A stretch of 64,000 bases of DNA from Thermoanaerobaculia bacterium (GTDB taxonomy: Bacteria > Acidobacteriota > Thermoanaerobaculia > Multivoradales > UBA5704), in the NCBI GenBank assembly GCA_036399915.1, contig DASWME010000254.1, positions 303-64,302 on the forward strand, written 5' to 3'. Below, in pieces: positions 1 through 8,889 of the stretch (positions are counted from its first letter, which is position 1; the number at the start of each line of letters is the position of its first letter). Made by a program: the position numbers and the translations under genes. The notes below the pieces were generated by a model. The model was not told where the DNA came from. It saw nothing but the letters and a program-made list of their open reading frames with translations, and did not search any database.

Positions 1-1136
1 GCCACCGCCAGTCCCTGCCAGCGGGTCCACGAGCGGGCGAGGTTGACGCTGACGAGGTAGCCGTCCAGGAGGGAGACGCCGGCCCCGGCTACCACCAGGA
101 GCAGCTCGCGGTCGAGGCCGGCGTAGTTTTTCCCCAGCAGCAGGAGGAAGAGCCCCGGCGCAGCCGCGGCGGCGGCGAGCATCGCCAGGGCGGCCACGGC
201 CAGCGCGGCGCCGAACTGCAGGCTGCGCCGCCGGTAGAGCCGCTCGTCCGTGATGCGGGCCAGGCGCGGCAGGAAGACCACGCCGGTGAGGCTCGAGAAG
301 AGGCCCACCAGCAGCCCCAGCCGCCCGAGCGCCCCCACCTCGGCGATGTTGCGCGTGGCGCCGAAGGTGGCCGCGAGCCAGACGGTGAGGGGGCCCTGGA
401 CCGCGAAGTAGACAGCGCTCGGCAGCGTCGGCAGCAAGTAGCGCAGGACCTTGCGCCGGTAGGGCCGGAGGTCGACCGGCGCCGCCGCCGTCCTCAAGGC
501 CGGCCGGGCCAGGAGGGCCACGGCCGCGGAGCCGGCCGCCGCGGCGAGCACGCCCAGCCAGGACCTCAGCAGGGCCGAGGCGACGAGGGCCGCGGCGAGC
601 AGCAGGCGGGTGAGTGCGCCGGCCAGCTCCGCCCGGTAGGACGCGCCGTAGCGGTCCGCGAGCCGCAGGGCCAGCACGCGCAGGGCTTGGGCGATCTGGA
701 ACCAGACACAGAGGACGATGCCGCCGGTGACAAGCAGCGCCTCGCCGACCCCGTAGCCCTTGGCCGCCGCCAGGCGCGGGAACGCGACCAGCACCGCGGC
801 CGCGCCGATCAGGAACGCTCCGCGGCGGAGCGACCGGACGGCGTCGTACCAGGGCTGGAAATCCTCCCCATCCTTCAAGGACCGTTGAAAGAAATAGAGC
901 AGCGAGGTGGTGCTCCCCAGGTCGGTGACGAAGGTGAAGAAGGCGATCACCGAGAAGGCCAGGGTGTAGAGCGCGAACTCCCGCACCGGCATGAAGTTGA
1001 CGAACAGCAGCCCGGCCGCGATCCCGGCGAGCTGGACGAGGGTCTGGGTGGAGAAGTAGGCGGAGAGGATCCTGGCCCAGGAGGCGAGGCGGGAGCGGAG
1101 GGAGGCGCCCTCGGCAGCGAGAGGCAGAACGCTCAT
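1..1136 (-). CDS. Multi-pass membrane protein, Wzx/MOP-type polysaccharide flippase-like; C-terminus lies beyond the left window edge
   Basis: Not in the ORF track because it runs off the edge. My own translation from ATG 1136-1134 gives MSVLPLAAEGASLRSRLASWARILSAYFSTQTLVQLAGIAAGLLFVNFMPVREFALYTLAFSVIAFFTF... It stays open to position 1 and is strongly hydrophobic with repeated TM-like stretches. The start overlaps the asnB stop (ATGA at 1133-1136). It is the last gene of a GT/AsnB operon. Confidence 0.6.
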   Translation of the reverse strand, partial: MSVLPLAAEGASLRSRLASWARILSAYFSTQTLVQLAGIAAGLLFVNFMPVREFALYTLAFSVIAFFTFVTDLGSTTSLLYFFQRSLKDGEDFQPWYDAVRSLRRGAFLIGAAAVLVAFPRLAAAKGYGVGEALLVTGGIVLCVWFQIAQALRVLALRLADRYGASYRAELAGALTRLLLAAALVASALLRSWLGVLAAAAGSAAVALLARPALRTAAAPVDLRPYRRKVLRYLLPTLPSAVYFAVQGPLTVWLAATFGATRNIAEVGALGRLGLLVGLFSSLTGVVFLPRLARITDERLYRRRSLQFGAALAVAALAMLAAAAAAPGLFLLLLGKNYAGLDRELLLVVAGAGVSLLDGYLVSVNLARSWTRWQGLAV

Positions 1137-2902
1137 CGCAGGCTCACCCCGAACTCCTCCAGGACCCGCCGCGCCAGCGCCCGCGACCGCTCGCCGTGGC
1201 CGCGCGCCGCCAGCTCCGGATGCATCCACTCGGCGACCGGGACGTAGAACCCCGACTTCGGCCGCGTCCACAGCGCCTCCGGCAGCTCCGGCGCGGCCTG
1301 GCGGACCAGCGCGGCCTTGCCCTGGCTGCGGGCGGGCTCGAAGCCGGAGGCGGCCAGGCGCTGGCGCAGCCAGGCGTCCACCAGCGGCACCCGCAGCTCG
1401 ACGGACCAGGCCATCGAGGCCCAGTCCGAATCGCGCAGGAGCTGGTTGCGCAGGTAGCGGGCGGTCTCCATCTGGTGCACGGCCGCCCAGGCGTCGGAGA
1501 CGTGGCCGTTGCCGGCAACGAGAGCGCGCGCCGCGTCCGCCACCGGGTCGTAGCGCCGCAGCCCTTCCGCGGCGAGGTCGCGGCCGAGCAGGCCGGGCAG
1601 CTCCTCCGGCAGGAAGAGGCCGCGCCGCAGGAAGTAGGCGCCGGGGAGCGTCCGGCCGTGGCGGAGCAGCCCCGCGAGCTTGGGCTGGTCCGGAGAGAGC
1701 CGCTTCGCGAGGCCGGGCCAGGCCGCGGCGAGGCCGGGCACTTTGGACCCCCGGCGCGCCGCCCTCTCCAGCCGCGGCACGTCGGCGAAGGAGGGATAGC
1801 TCCCGAAGACCTCGTCGCCGCCGAGGCCGGAGAGCACCACCTTGAGGCCCGCCTCGTGGGCCGCCCGGCTCACCGCCCAGGTGTTGAACCCGTCGATGCT
1901 CGGCTGGTCCATGGCCGCGATGGCGCCTTCCCAGAGGCCGGCCAGCTCGGTCCGACCCAGCCGGCGCTCCACGTGCCGGGTGCCGAGCCGGCGCGCCACC
2001 TCGGCGGCGAGCGGCGCCTCGTCCTCGGGTGTCCCCTCCAGCGCGTCGAAGCGGAGCGTGAAGGTCATGGGCGGCTCGGAGAGGTGCCGGCAGACCATGG
2101 CCGCGATCAGGCCGGAGTCGAGGCCCGCCGAGAGGAAGACCGCGACCGGCACGTCCGAGACCAGGTGAGCCCGCACCGAGTCGTCCACCGCCGCGGCCGG
2201 CTCCATGGGCTCGATCCGCGCCAGGCCGTGGGGCTCGGGCTCGCCGATCCGGCCGTCCCGCACGATCAGGTGGTGCCCGGCCGGCAGGGCCTGGACCGAC
2301 CGCCGAATCGTGAACGGCTCGGGCACGGACCCCCAGAGGAGGAAGCCCGTGAGCCCGGCGGGATCGGCGTCCCGCGAGATCGCGCCGCCCCGCTCCAGCG
2401 CCTTCACCTGCGAGGCGAAACGGAGGCATCCCCCCTCGGCCGAGACGTAGAGCGGCTTGATGCCCAGCGGATCGCGGGCGAGGAGCAGGGTCTTCTCGCG
2501 GTCGTCCCACACCGCCAGGCCGTACATCCCCCGCAGCCGCGCCAGCATGGCCGCGCCCTCGCGGGCATAGAGGGCGAGGACGACCTCCGTGTCGCTCTGC
2601 GAGCGGGAGCGGACGCCCTCGGAGGCCAGCTCCCGGCGCAGCTCGGCGAAGTTGTAGATCTCGCCGTTGAGGACGATCCGGAACCGCCCGTCGTCCGAGG
2701 CCATGGGCTGGGCGCCCGCCTCCGAGAGGTCGAGGATGGCCAGCCGCCGGCTGGCGAGCGCCACCCGGCCGTCATCCGAGACCCATGCCCCGGCGCCGTC
2801 CGGACCGCGGGAGGCCATGGCCTCGCGGGTGCGCAGCAGCTCGTCCCGGTCGATGGGGGGAGCGGATTCGGAGAGCCTCAGGATGCCGTTGATGCCGCAC
2901 AT
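1133..2902 (-). CDS. asnB: Asparagine synthase (glutamine-hydrolysing), exopolysaccharide-locus AsnB paralog
   Basis: 589-aa ORF. The N-terminal MCGINGIL carries the class-II amidotransferase Cys2. A PP-loop-like LSAGLDSG lies in the synthetase domain. ATG at 2902. Confidence 0.9.
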   Translation of the reverse strand: MCGINGILRLSESAPPIDRDELLRTREAMASRGPDGAGAWVSDDGRVALASRRLAILDLSEAGAQPMASDDGRFRIVLNGEIYNFAELRRELASEGVRSRSQSDTEVVLALYAREGAAMLARLRGMYGLAVWDDREKTLLLARDPLGIKPLYVSAEGGCLRFASQVKALERGGAISRDADPAGLTGFLLWGSVPEPFTIRRSVQALPAGHHLIVRDGRIGEPEPHGLARIEPMEPAAAVDDSVRAHLVSDVPVAVFLSAGLDSGLIAAMVCRHLSEPPMTFTLRFDALEGTPEDEAPLAAEVARRLGTRHVERRLGRTELAGLWEGAIAAMDQPSIDGFNTWAVSRAAHEAGLKVVLSGLGGDEVFGSYPSFADVPRLERAARRGSKVPGLAAAWPGLAKRLSPDQPKLAGLLRHGRTLPGAYFLRRGLFLPEELPGLLGRDLAAEGLRRYDPVADAARALVAGNGHVSDAWAAVHQMETARYLRNQLLRDSDWASMAWSVELRVPLVDAWLRQRLAASGFEPARSQGKAALVRQAAPELPEALWTRPKSGFYVPVAEWMHPELAARGHGERSRALARRVLEEFGVSLR

Positions 2903-2921
2903 GGAAGGTCAGCCCACGGAA

Positions 2922-3060
2922 GCCTCACCCCCTGGCCCCCTCTCCCTGACGGGAGAGGGGGGACGCCTGCGAGGGCGGTTTTGCCGTCCTGTTCTGCCTG
3001 GGCCGGTATGGAATCGTTCCCCCTCTCCCGTCAGGGAGAGGGGGCCAGGGGGTGAGGCCT
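2922..3060. repeat. MITE/REP-like inverted pair of a 40-46 nt hairpin element (copies 2922-2961 and 3015-3060, 53-nt spacer between them)
   Basis: 2922-2961 GCCTCACCCCCTGGCCCCCTCTCCCTGACGGGAGAGGGGG is the exact reverse complement of 3019-3058. Each arm contains its own 11-bp stem (CCCCCTCTCCC tgac GGGAGAGGGGG). The pair lies between the GT stop (3061) and the asnB start (2902). A third copy is at 51705-51750. Confidence 0.85.
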
Positions 3061-4161
3061 TCACGGGCATGCCATCAACCTCTCCAGCATCGGCTCCAGC
3101 CGCGCCCGGAACCGCTCCACCCCGAACTCCCTTTTCCACCGCTCGTAGCCGGCCTCGCCCATCCGGCGGGCCTCGCCGGGGTAGCCGAGCAACTGGGAGA
3201 GGGCCGCCCTCAGCTCTTCCCGGTCGTCGGGATCGACCAGAAGGCCGGTCGCGCCGTCCACCACGATCTCGGCGGCGGCGCTCCCCCGGGCGGCGAGGAC
3301 CGGCTTGCCGGCCCGCATCGCCTCCAGGTAGACGAGGCCGAAGCCCTCGCCCCGGCTGGGCATGACGAAGGCCGCGCAGCGCCGGTACAGCTCCGCGAGC
3401 GTCGCCTCGCTCACGAACCCGGTGAACGCGACCCGGCCGCCGATCCCCAGGGCCGCGGCCTTTTCTTCCAGCCGGCGCCGGTCGTCGCCATCCCCGGCGG
3501 CCACGAGCCGGGCGTCGGGGAGGGCGGTGAGAGCCTCCAGCAGCTGGTCGTGCCCCTTGTAGCGCTCGCGGGCGTCCATACGGCCCGCGATGAGGAGGAA
3601 TCCGCGGTCGAGCCGGGCGAGGAGGGGAGCGTCCACGGCGCCCGCGGGCTTGCGCTCCTCCAGCGCCAGCGGCAGGACGGCGGCGCCCCCGATCTGCGGA
3701 CAGAACGGCCGGGCGCGCTCGATCGTATGGGAGGAGACGGCGCAGGTCACGGTGGCATTGGCGAGGGCCCGGCTGCGATCCCATTCCAAGGGGCGCCACA
3801 CTTCGAGCCCGTGCAGTTGGATGAGGTACGGAGCCCGTAGCGGACTGGGAAGGTAGGCCTGCACCCGCGCCGGTCCCAGGAGGTCGAAGACGTAGGCCGT
3901 CCGGCGCTCCACGATCTGGCTTCGCCAGACGGCGAGCGCCAGCGCCCGCTGGTCCCCGCCGAAGGTGCGGTCGGGAAGCCTGCCGCCGGGGAGGCCGCCG
4001 CCTTCCAGGGTGAAGAGGCAGAAGCCGATCCCCCGCTGGCGTGCGAACGCGGCGCACCCGGCGGCCAGGAGGCGTCCGGCCAGGGCCCGGCCGCCGCCGT
4101 CCAGCCCCAGGCCGGCGGAGACGAAGACGAGGTTGCGCTCGCGGCGTCCATTGAGTGTCAT
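3061..4161 (-). CDS. Glycosyltransferase family 4 (GT-B fold)
   Basis: C-terminal EGFGLVYLEAMRAGKPVLAARGSAAAEIVVDGATGLLVDP is the GT4 EX7E region. Start taken at ATG 4161 (MTLNGRRERNLVFVSAG); the ORF-track start at 4212 is also possible. Confidence 0.85.
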   Translation of the reverse strand: MTLNGRRERNLVFVSAGLGLDGGGRALAGRLLAAGCAAFARQRGIGFCLFTLEGGGLPGGRLPDRTFGGDQRALALAVWRSQIVERRTAYVFDLLGPARVQAYLPSPLRAPYLIQLHGLEVWRPLEWDRSRALANATVTCAVSSHTIERARPFCPQIGGAAVLPLALEERKPAGAVDAPLLARLDRGFLLIAGRMDARERYKGHDQLLEALTALPDARLVAAGDGDDRRRLEEKAAALGIGGRVAFTGFVSEATLAELYRRCAAFVMPSRGEGFGLVYLEAMRAGKPVLAARGSAAAEIVVDGATGLLVDPDDREELRAALSQLLGYPGEARRMGEAGYERWKREFGVERFRARLEPMLERLMACP

Positions 4162-4254
4162 TGAGGTGCCCGGGCAGGCTCCGCCCCCTTCGGTGTACAT
4201 CGGCGATGACACCGAGGGGCAGGGCGCGGCGCCGCGCCCGGTCTCGCGGCAGCC

Positions 4255-4836
4255 CTAGCCGGCCGCCGCCATCCGCGCGGTCCGGTGCGCGCGCAGGGGG
4301 GCCAGGACCTCCCGGTCCAGCTCCGCCGCCACGGACTGCCGCAGGAAGCTGACGGAGACGACCAGCCGGAGCTGGCCCTTCTCGCGCAGCACCGTGCCGG
4401 TCCAGCCCCGCAACGGGCCGTCCACGATCTCCACCTCGTCCCCGACCTCCAGATAAGGGTGGGGCACGAGCGGCGCTCCCGCCCGCTGGAGCCGCCAGAG
4501 GCTCTCCAGCTCGGCGTGGAGCCGCTCCTGGTCGCGCACGCCCAGGACCTCGACAACGAGGTCGCTCTGGAGGGCGGTCCTGCGCGCCTCGGCCGTGCCG
4601 CGGAAGAAGAGATAGCCCGGAAACAGCGGCAGGCTGGAGACGAACGTCCGGCCCGCGCGCCGCGTCCGCTTCTCGGTCTGGGGAAGATAGAACCCCACCC
4701 CCTGCCCGGCCAGGTGGCGCGCCAGCCCCTTCTCCTGCCGGCTCCGCACGTAGGCCACCCACCAGGGGTGCTCGCTCTGAGACAGCTCGAACAGACGGGG
4801 AGGGTAGAGGTCGGCTTCGCGCTTCAGGATCGGCAC
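4255..4836 (-). CDS. Specialised NusG paralog (UpxY/RfaH-like transcription antiterminator)
   Basis: GTG start at 4836. NGN-like N-terminus (WWVAYVRSRQEKGLARHL) and KOW motif (GDEVEIVDGPLRGWTGTV). It is the first gene of the minus-strand polysaccharide operon. Confidence 0.8.
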   Translation of the reverse strand: MPILKREADLYPPRLFELSQSEHPWWVAYVRSRQEKGLARHLAGQGVGFYLPQTEKRTRRAGRTFVSSLPLFPGYLFFRGTAEARRTALQSDLVVEVLGVRDQERLHAELESLWRLQRAGAPLVPHPYLEVGDEVEIVDGPLRGWTGTVLREKGQLRLVVSVSFLRQSVAAELDREVLAPLRAHRTARMAAAG

Positions 4837-4943
4837 GTCGGCTTACGGCTCAACATCGAGGTCAAACGGCTTGTTCGTCGAGGACGCTGCCCCGAATTGT
4901 TGCAGAAAGAAGAGTTTGAAGCAAGGTTTTGGGGGCGCCCGCG

Positions 4944-5852
4944 CTACCGCTTCCGGCCATTCCCCGCCGCCCGCCGGGCTCGCAGCAGCTCCGGCAGGTG
5001 CTCGCCGATCCAGCGCTCAGCGCGGCCCAGGTTGCGGTACAGGCGCTCCCGGCGGCGGAACTCGGGCGTGTGGAAGAGCCTGCGGCCGTTGCGCACCTCG
5101 GGAGGCATGTCGGCGTGGAGCATCTCGTGGTAGACCACGGCTTCCACGACGTAGCGCGGGACGCCGGGGTCGTCCAGCACGCGGTGGACGCGGACCAGGC
5201 GGTCCTCGTAGGAGTAGCTGCCGAGTTGGAGGCTGGAGGTCCGGGAGCGCCGGCAGCGGTGGGGAGGGGCGGCGTTGGACTTCCCCCAGGTGACGTCCAC
5301 CGCCAGCCGCCCCTCGAAGTAGCGCTGGTTCAGGTCTGCAAAGACCTCGCGCAGGTCGAGGGCCACCCCCTGCGGCCGTAGGGCCAGCCGCCGGGTGCGG
5401 GCCTTGGAGCGGTGGGTGGAGAAGTGCTCCCGGATCACCACCAGCGCCTCGCGGGCGCGGTCGCTCCCCCGCCGGCTCTCGACGAACGCCGCGACGGCGC
5501 GCAGCACCTCCTCGGGGGCGTGGGTGAAGGAGTGATGGATGCGCAGCTCCAGCGGCGCCCGGTTCCCCAGGCGGCCGGAGCGGACGCTCAGGATGGTGCG
5601 GCGGTTGTCCGTGAGCTCCAGCGAGCGCAGCCGGCCGCCCGTCAGCCGGTTCAGGCGGCGCAGGAGATGGAACCGCAGGGTGTGGGGGTCCGCCACGCCC
5701 GGCCCCGGCAAGGGGAGTGGGACGGGCCGGGGGCCGAACAGCTCGAGCTGGACGGGCCGGCGCGGATCGGAAGCCGCGGGTCGTCTCCGGTCGCCGCGGC
5801 GCGGCAAGGCGCGGCGGGAGTCTCGTGGAAGTTCCTGCGCCGACGATCTCAT
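4944..5852 (-). CDS. HExxH zinc metallopeptidase-like protein (SprT/DUF45-like)
   Basis: C-terminal AVVYHEMLHADMPPEVRNGRRLFHTPEFRRRE (HExxH plus a downstream His). Start set at ATG 5852 (MRSSAQELP). The upstream 211 codons of ORF 4944..6485 are Arg/Pro-rich and overlap the neighbouring gene. Confidence 0.6.
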   Translation of the reverse strand: MRSSAQELPRDSRRALPRRGDRRRPAASDPRRPVQLELFGPRPVPLPLPGPGVADPHTLRFHLLRRLNRLTGGRLRSLELTDNRRTILSVRSGRLGNRAPLELRIHHSFTHAPEEVLRAVAAFVESRRGSDRAREALVVIREHFSTHRSKARTRRLALRPQGVALDLREVFADLNQRYFEGRLAVDVTWGKSNAAPPHRCRRSRTSSLQLGSYSYEDRLVRVHRVLDDPGVPRYVVEAVVYHEMLHADMPPEVRNGRRLFHTPEFRRRERLYRNLGRAERWIGEHLPELLRARRAAGNGRKR

Positions 5853-5914
5853 CGTGCCCTCTTCCTCCAGCGACGGCTCAAATACCCGGCACCGCAACGG
5901 GTAGGCGAACTGTA

Positions 5915-6916
5915 TCAGGGGGTGGCCCGCCCGGAAAAGCCCGGTGGGCCGGTCATTTTGATCTGCCAGCGCTCGCCCACCGCCAGGGTGTGGACCTGCT
6001 CCCGGTCCGCGCCCTCCTGCTCCAGGATCTCGGCGAGCACCCTGGGGGCGAGGTCCACCGGCTCGTTCGTCAGGTCGAAGCACCCCCAGTGCATGGGGAT
6101 CATCGTCCGGGCGCCGAGGTCGAGAAAGGCCCGCCACGCCTCTTCGGGATTGACGTGCTGGTAGCGCATGAACCAGCGGGGCTCGTAGGCGCCGATGGGG
6201 AGGAAGGCCAGGTCGATGGGAGCGAACCGCCGCCCGAACTCGGCAAAGCCGTGGAAGTAGCCGGAATCGCCGGCGAAGTAGTACCGCCGCTCCCCGGAGT
6301 CGAGAAGCCAGGAGCACCAGAGGGTGGCGTTGCGGCCCATGCCGATCCGGTTCGACCAGTGCTGGGCGGGCAGGCAGGTCACGGTCCACCGGCCGTGGCG
6401 GGCGCTCTGCCACCAGTCCAGCTCCACGACCCGTTGCCGCCCGCGGCGGCGGAACCAGCCCCCGAGCCCCAGGGGGACGAACCACTGGATCGCCTCTGGC
6501 AGGCGCCGGACCGTCCAGTCGTCCAGGTGGTCGTAATGGTTGTGGGAGAGCACGGCGAAGGCGTCCGCCGGGACGGCTCCCGGGGGGATCCCCGGAGGGG
6601 TGAGGCGAGGAGGGATCAGGGCGCGCGGCCCGAAGTGGGGGTCGGTGAGGAAGACCTCTCCGCCGTCCTGGACGGCGAACGATGCGTGGCCGATCCAGGT
6701 CACCGAATCGGGCTGACCCCCATCTTTCAGATACGCGCCGTCGTTGGCGACCACCGGCACCTGGGGCGGGGCGCTCTTGTCGTACTCGTTCCTGCCCAGC
6801 TTCCAGCGGAGGAGGTCGGTGAGCCGGTTGGTGAACGGCGCCCAGGGATTGAAGAACCGGCCGGGCTCGCCGTGGGGGGCGTAGAGGGATTCGGGAGAGG
6901 CGTCGGCCGGATTCAT
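5915..6916 (-). CDS. MBL-fold metallo-hydrolase, NAPE-PLD-like
   Basis: SHNHYDHLD (HxHxDH) motif, with family-typical FAGDSGY and MIPMHWG segments. Start at ATG 6916 (MNPADASPESLY). Confidence 0.8.
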   Translation of the reverse strand: MNPADASPESLYAPHGEPGRFFNPWAPFTNRLTDLLRWKLGRNEYDKSAPPQVPVVANDGAYLKDGGQPDSVTWIGHASFAVQDGGEVFLTDPHFGPRALIPPRLTPPGIPPGAVPADAFAVLSHNHYDHLDDWTVRRLPEAIQWFVPLGLGGWFRRRGRQRVVELDWWQSARHGRWTVTCLPAQHWSNRIGMGRNATLWCSWLLDSGERRYYFAGDSGYFHGFAEFGRRFAPIDLAFLPIGAYEPRWFMRYQHVNPEEAWRAFLDLGARTMIPMHWGCFDLTNEPVDLAPRVLAEILEQEGADREQVHTLAVGERWQIKMTGPPGFSGRATP

Positions 6917-6996
6917 GTCCCGCAAGAGGATATCCCGCCGCCGGAATCTCTCCCGTCGATCACGGCACCCCGGTCCCAGGTGGCATTTCCGCCGCC

Positions 6997-7374
6997 TCAG
7001 CCCCCGGCGGCCAGGAAGGCCGCCCGGATCTCCTTCATCCGCTTGCGGTTGACCCCGAAGTCTCCCCGGCCGACGCGGGAGGCGGAGCGGAAGTGGATCT
7101 CCTTGGTGGCGTCGTCGAGGACGAACTCGACGTCGTCCACGAAACGGAAGATCCGGGAGCGGCACTCCGCCTTGAGGTAGTCGGGCTCCTCGCGCACGAT
7201 CCGGGTCCGCGGGTGGTGGCGCAGGACCGCGAGCAGCCTCTCCCGCGCCTCGTCCAGGGTGCCGGTGTAGGGGATGGGCTTCATCCGCTGCGGCCCGGGA
7301 GGCGCCTGGGTCGAGACGCAGTTCGGGGTGCCCGGGCAGGGGGCCAAACGGCTCGCGGCAGGCGTCCCGGTCAT
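6997..7374 (-). CDS. DUF1499-like small protein
   Basis: 125 aa from ATG 7374. APCPGTPNCVSTQA...FVDDVEFVLDD...IHFRSASRVGRGDFGVNRKRMEEI-type pattern is typical of DUF1499. The rest of ORF 6997..8454 is antisense to the next gene. Confidence 0.6.
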   Translation of the reverse strand: MTGTPAASRLAPCPGTPNCVSTQAPPGPQRMKPIPYTGTLDEARERLLAVLRHHPRTRIVREEPDYLKAECRSRIFRFVDDVEFVLDDATKEIHFRSASRVGRGDFGVNRKRMKEIRAAFLAAGG

Positions 7375-7413
7375 GGCCGCATTGTAGCGGACCCTTCCGG
7401 ACTGTCCTGCTCT

Positions 7414-8523
7414 ATGATCGTGCGCTCCATGGGCTCGCTCCACGACCTCCCGACCCCGGCGCTGCTGCTGGACCTCGACATCCTGGAGCGCAACTTGCGC
7501 CGCATGTCCGACAAGGCCGCTACCCTGGGGGTGGCGCTGCGCCCGCACGTCAAGACCCACAAGTGCCTCGAGGTGGCTGGGCTCCAGAGGACCCTGGGGA
7601 TCTGCGGCATCACGGTCTCGACCCTGTACGAGGCGCGAGTCTTCGCCGAGCACGGCTTCGAGGACCTGACCTGGGCCTTCCCCGTGATCCTCACCCGGCT
7701 GGAGGAGGTCCGGGAGCTGGCGGACCGGGTCACGCTCCGGCTGGTGGTGGACTCGGCCGAAGCGGTGGCGGCGCTCGCGGGGCTCGGCCGTCCCTTCCAT
7801 GTCTGGCTCAAGGTCGACTGCGGCTATCACCGCGCCGGGGTCGATCCCGGATCGCCGCAGGCCGTGGAGCTGGCCCGCAGGCTGGCGGACTCGCCCACGC
7901 TGAGCTTCGACGGCATCCTCACCCACTCGGGGCACGCCTACCACGGGGAGAGCCGGGAGGAGATCGCCGCCATCGCCGAGCAGGAGCGCGCCGTCATGGC
8001 GGGCTTCGCCGAGCGGCTCCGAGGCGAGGGGATCGAGGTGCCGGCCGTGAGCGTGGGATCGACCCCGGCCATGTCGGTCGTGGCGAGGCTGGACGGGGTC
8101 ACGGAGGCGCGGCCGGGCAACTACTGCTTCTACGACTTCATGCAGGTGACCCTCGGCTCGTGCGGCGTGCGCGACTGCGCGGTCACCGTGCTGGCGAGCG
8201 TGGTCTCCTGCCGGCCGGGCGGCGGCCGCTCGGTCGTGGACGCGGGAGCGCTGGCGCTGTCCAAGGACCCTGGACTGGACCGCCCGGAGCGGCCGTCCAT
8301 GGGGGAGGTCTTCACGGACTACCGGGCGGGGGTTCTCGACGAAGAGGCGCGGCTCGTCTCGCTGTCGCAGGAGCACGGCATCCTGAGCGTTCCGCGGCCA
8401 GTGGGGTCGCGGGTACGCGTGCTGCCGAACCATTCCTGTCTGACGGTGGCGCATTTCGACGAGTACGCGGTGGTTCGCGGCGACGAGGTGGTGGACCGCT
8501 GGAAGGTCTGGCGCGGGCGGTAG
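7414..8523 (+). CDS. PLP enzyme of the alanine-racemase-N / DSD1 family (D-threonine aldolase or D-serine/3-hydroxyaspartate dehydratase-like)
   Basis: [17 protein letters not shown]...[10 protein letters not shown] (PLP lysine context) and a C-terminal [13 protein letters not shown] motif. ATG at 7414 (an alternative at 7429 is possible). Confidence 0.8.
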   Translation: MIVRSMGSLHDLPTPALLLDLDILERNLRRMSDKAATLGVALRPHVKTHKCLEVAGLQRTLGICGITVSTLYEARVFAEHGFEDLTWAFPVILTRLEEVRELADRVTLRLVVDSAEAVAALAGLGRPFHVWLKVDCGYHRAGVDPGSPQAVELARRLADSPTLSFDGILTHSGHAYHGESREEIAAIAEQERAVMAGFAERLRGEGIEVPAVSVGSTPAMSVVARLDGVTEARPGNYCFYDFMQVTLGSCGVRDCAVTVLASVVSCRPGGGRSVVDAGALALSKDPGLDRPERPSMGEVFTDYRAGVLDEEARLVSLSQEHGILSVPRPVGSRVRVLPNHSCLTVAHFDEYAVVRGDEVVDRWKVWRGR

Positions 8524-8632
8524 GGGAGCGCCCCTGCATGGTATGCTCTATCCTTCCGGAGCTGTCCCGCATTCGGCGTTCCCGGCACTTAAGTCTAGGA
8601 ACGGCGGAGACCTCGACGAAGGAGACGACTCG

Positions 8633-8878
8633 ATGAGCTGGGAAGACAGGGAAGACACCACCATCTACAAGGTCGTGGTGAACCACGAAGAGCAGTACTC
8701 GATCTGGCCGGCGCACCGCGAGAACCCTCTGGGATGGAACGACGTCGGCAAGAGTGGGCTCAAGCAGGAGTGTCTGGACTACATCAAGGAAGTCTGGACC
8801 GACATGCGCCCCCTCTCCCTGCGCAAGAAAATGGAGGAGATGGAGCGCCAGCGGCAGGCGGGCCAGGAAACCAACTAG
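8633..8878 (+). CDS. MbtH-like protein (NRPS adenylation-domain chaperone)
   Basis: [35 protein letters not shown] matches the MbtH signature NxExQxSxWP...PxGW. GGAGAC RBS lies upstream of ATG 8633. Confidence 0.9.
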   Translation: MSWEDREDTTIYKVVVNHEEQYSIWPAHRENPLGWNDVGKSGLKQECLDYIKEVWTDMRPLSLRKKMEEMERQRQAGQETN

Positions 8879-8889
8879 TTGCTCCCATC

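Noticed and set aside
2909-3365. Peptides such as SPPGPLSLTGEGG / LSRQGEGARG in ORFs 2667..3365, 2909..4762, 51367..51753 and 51558..51764
   Set aside because: They are translations of the dispersed 46-nt hairpin element in different frames, not conserved protein motifs.
1196-4762. 619-aa (+, 1196..3055) and 617-aa (-, 2909..4762) ORFs over the polysaccharide operon. Similar long shadow ORFs occur at 16571..18622, 21206..23353, 31951..33597, 32981..34771, 37630..40098, 39996..41678, 46684..48384 and 53666..55729.
   Set aside because: Each overlaps a gene with strong family motifs in another frame or strand, and each translates to Arg/Pro/Gly/Ala-dominated sequence. These are shadow ORFs of a high-GC genome.
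4944-8523. Long N-terminal extensions of ORFs 4944..6485, 5915..7165, 6997..8454 and 7093..8523. The same applies to 14835..16202, 16352..17743, 20088..21335, 23427..24884, 25550..26815, 40922..42838, 52086..54902 and 61165..62994.
   Set aside because: The recognisable protein begins at an internal ATG or GTG with a plausible RBS or operon junction. The upstream part overlaps the neighbouring gene and has artefact composition, so shorter coordinates were used.
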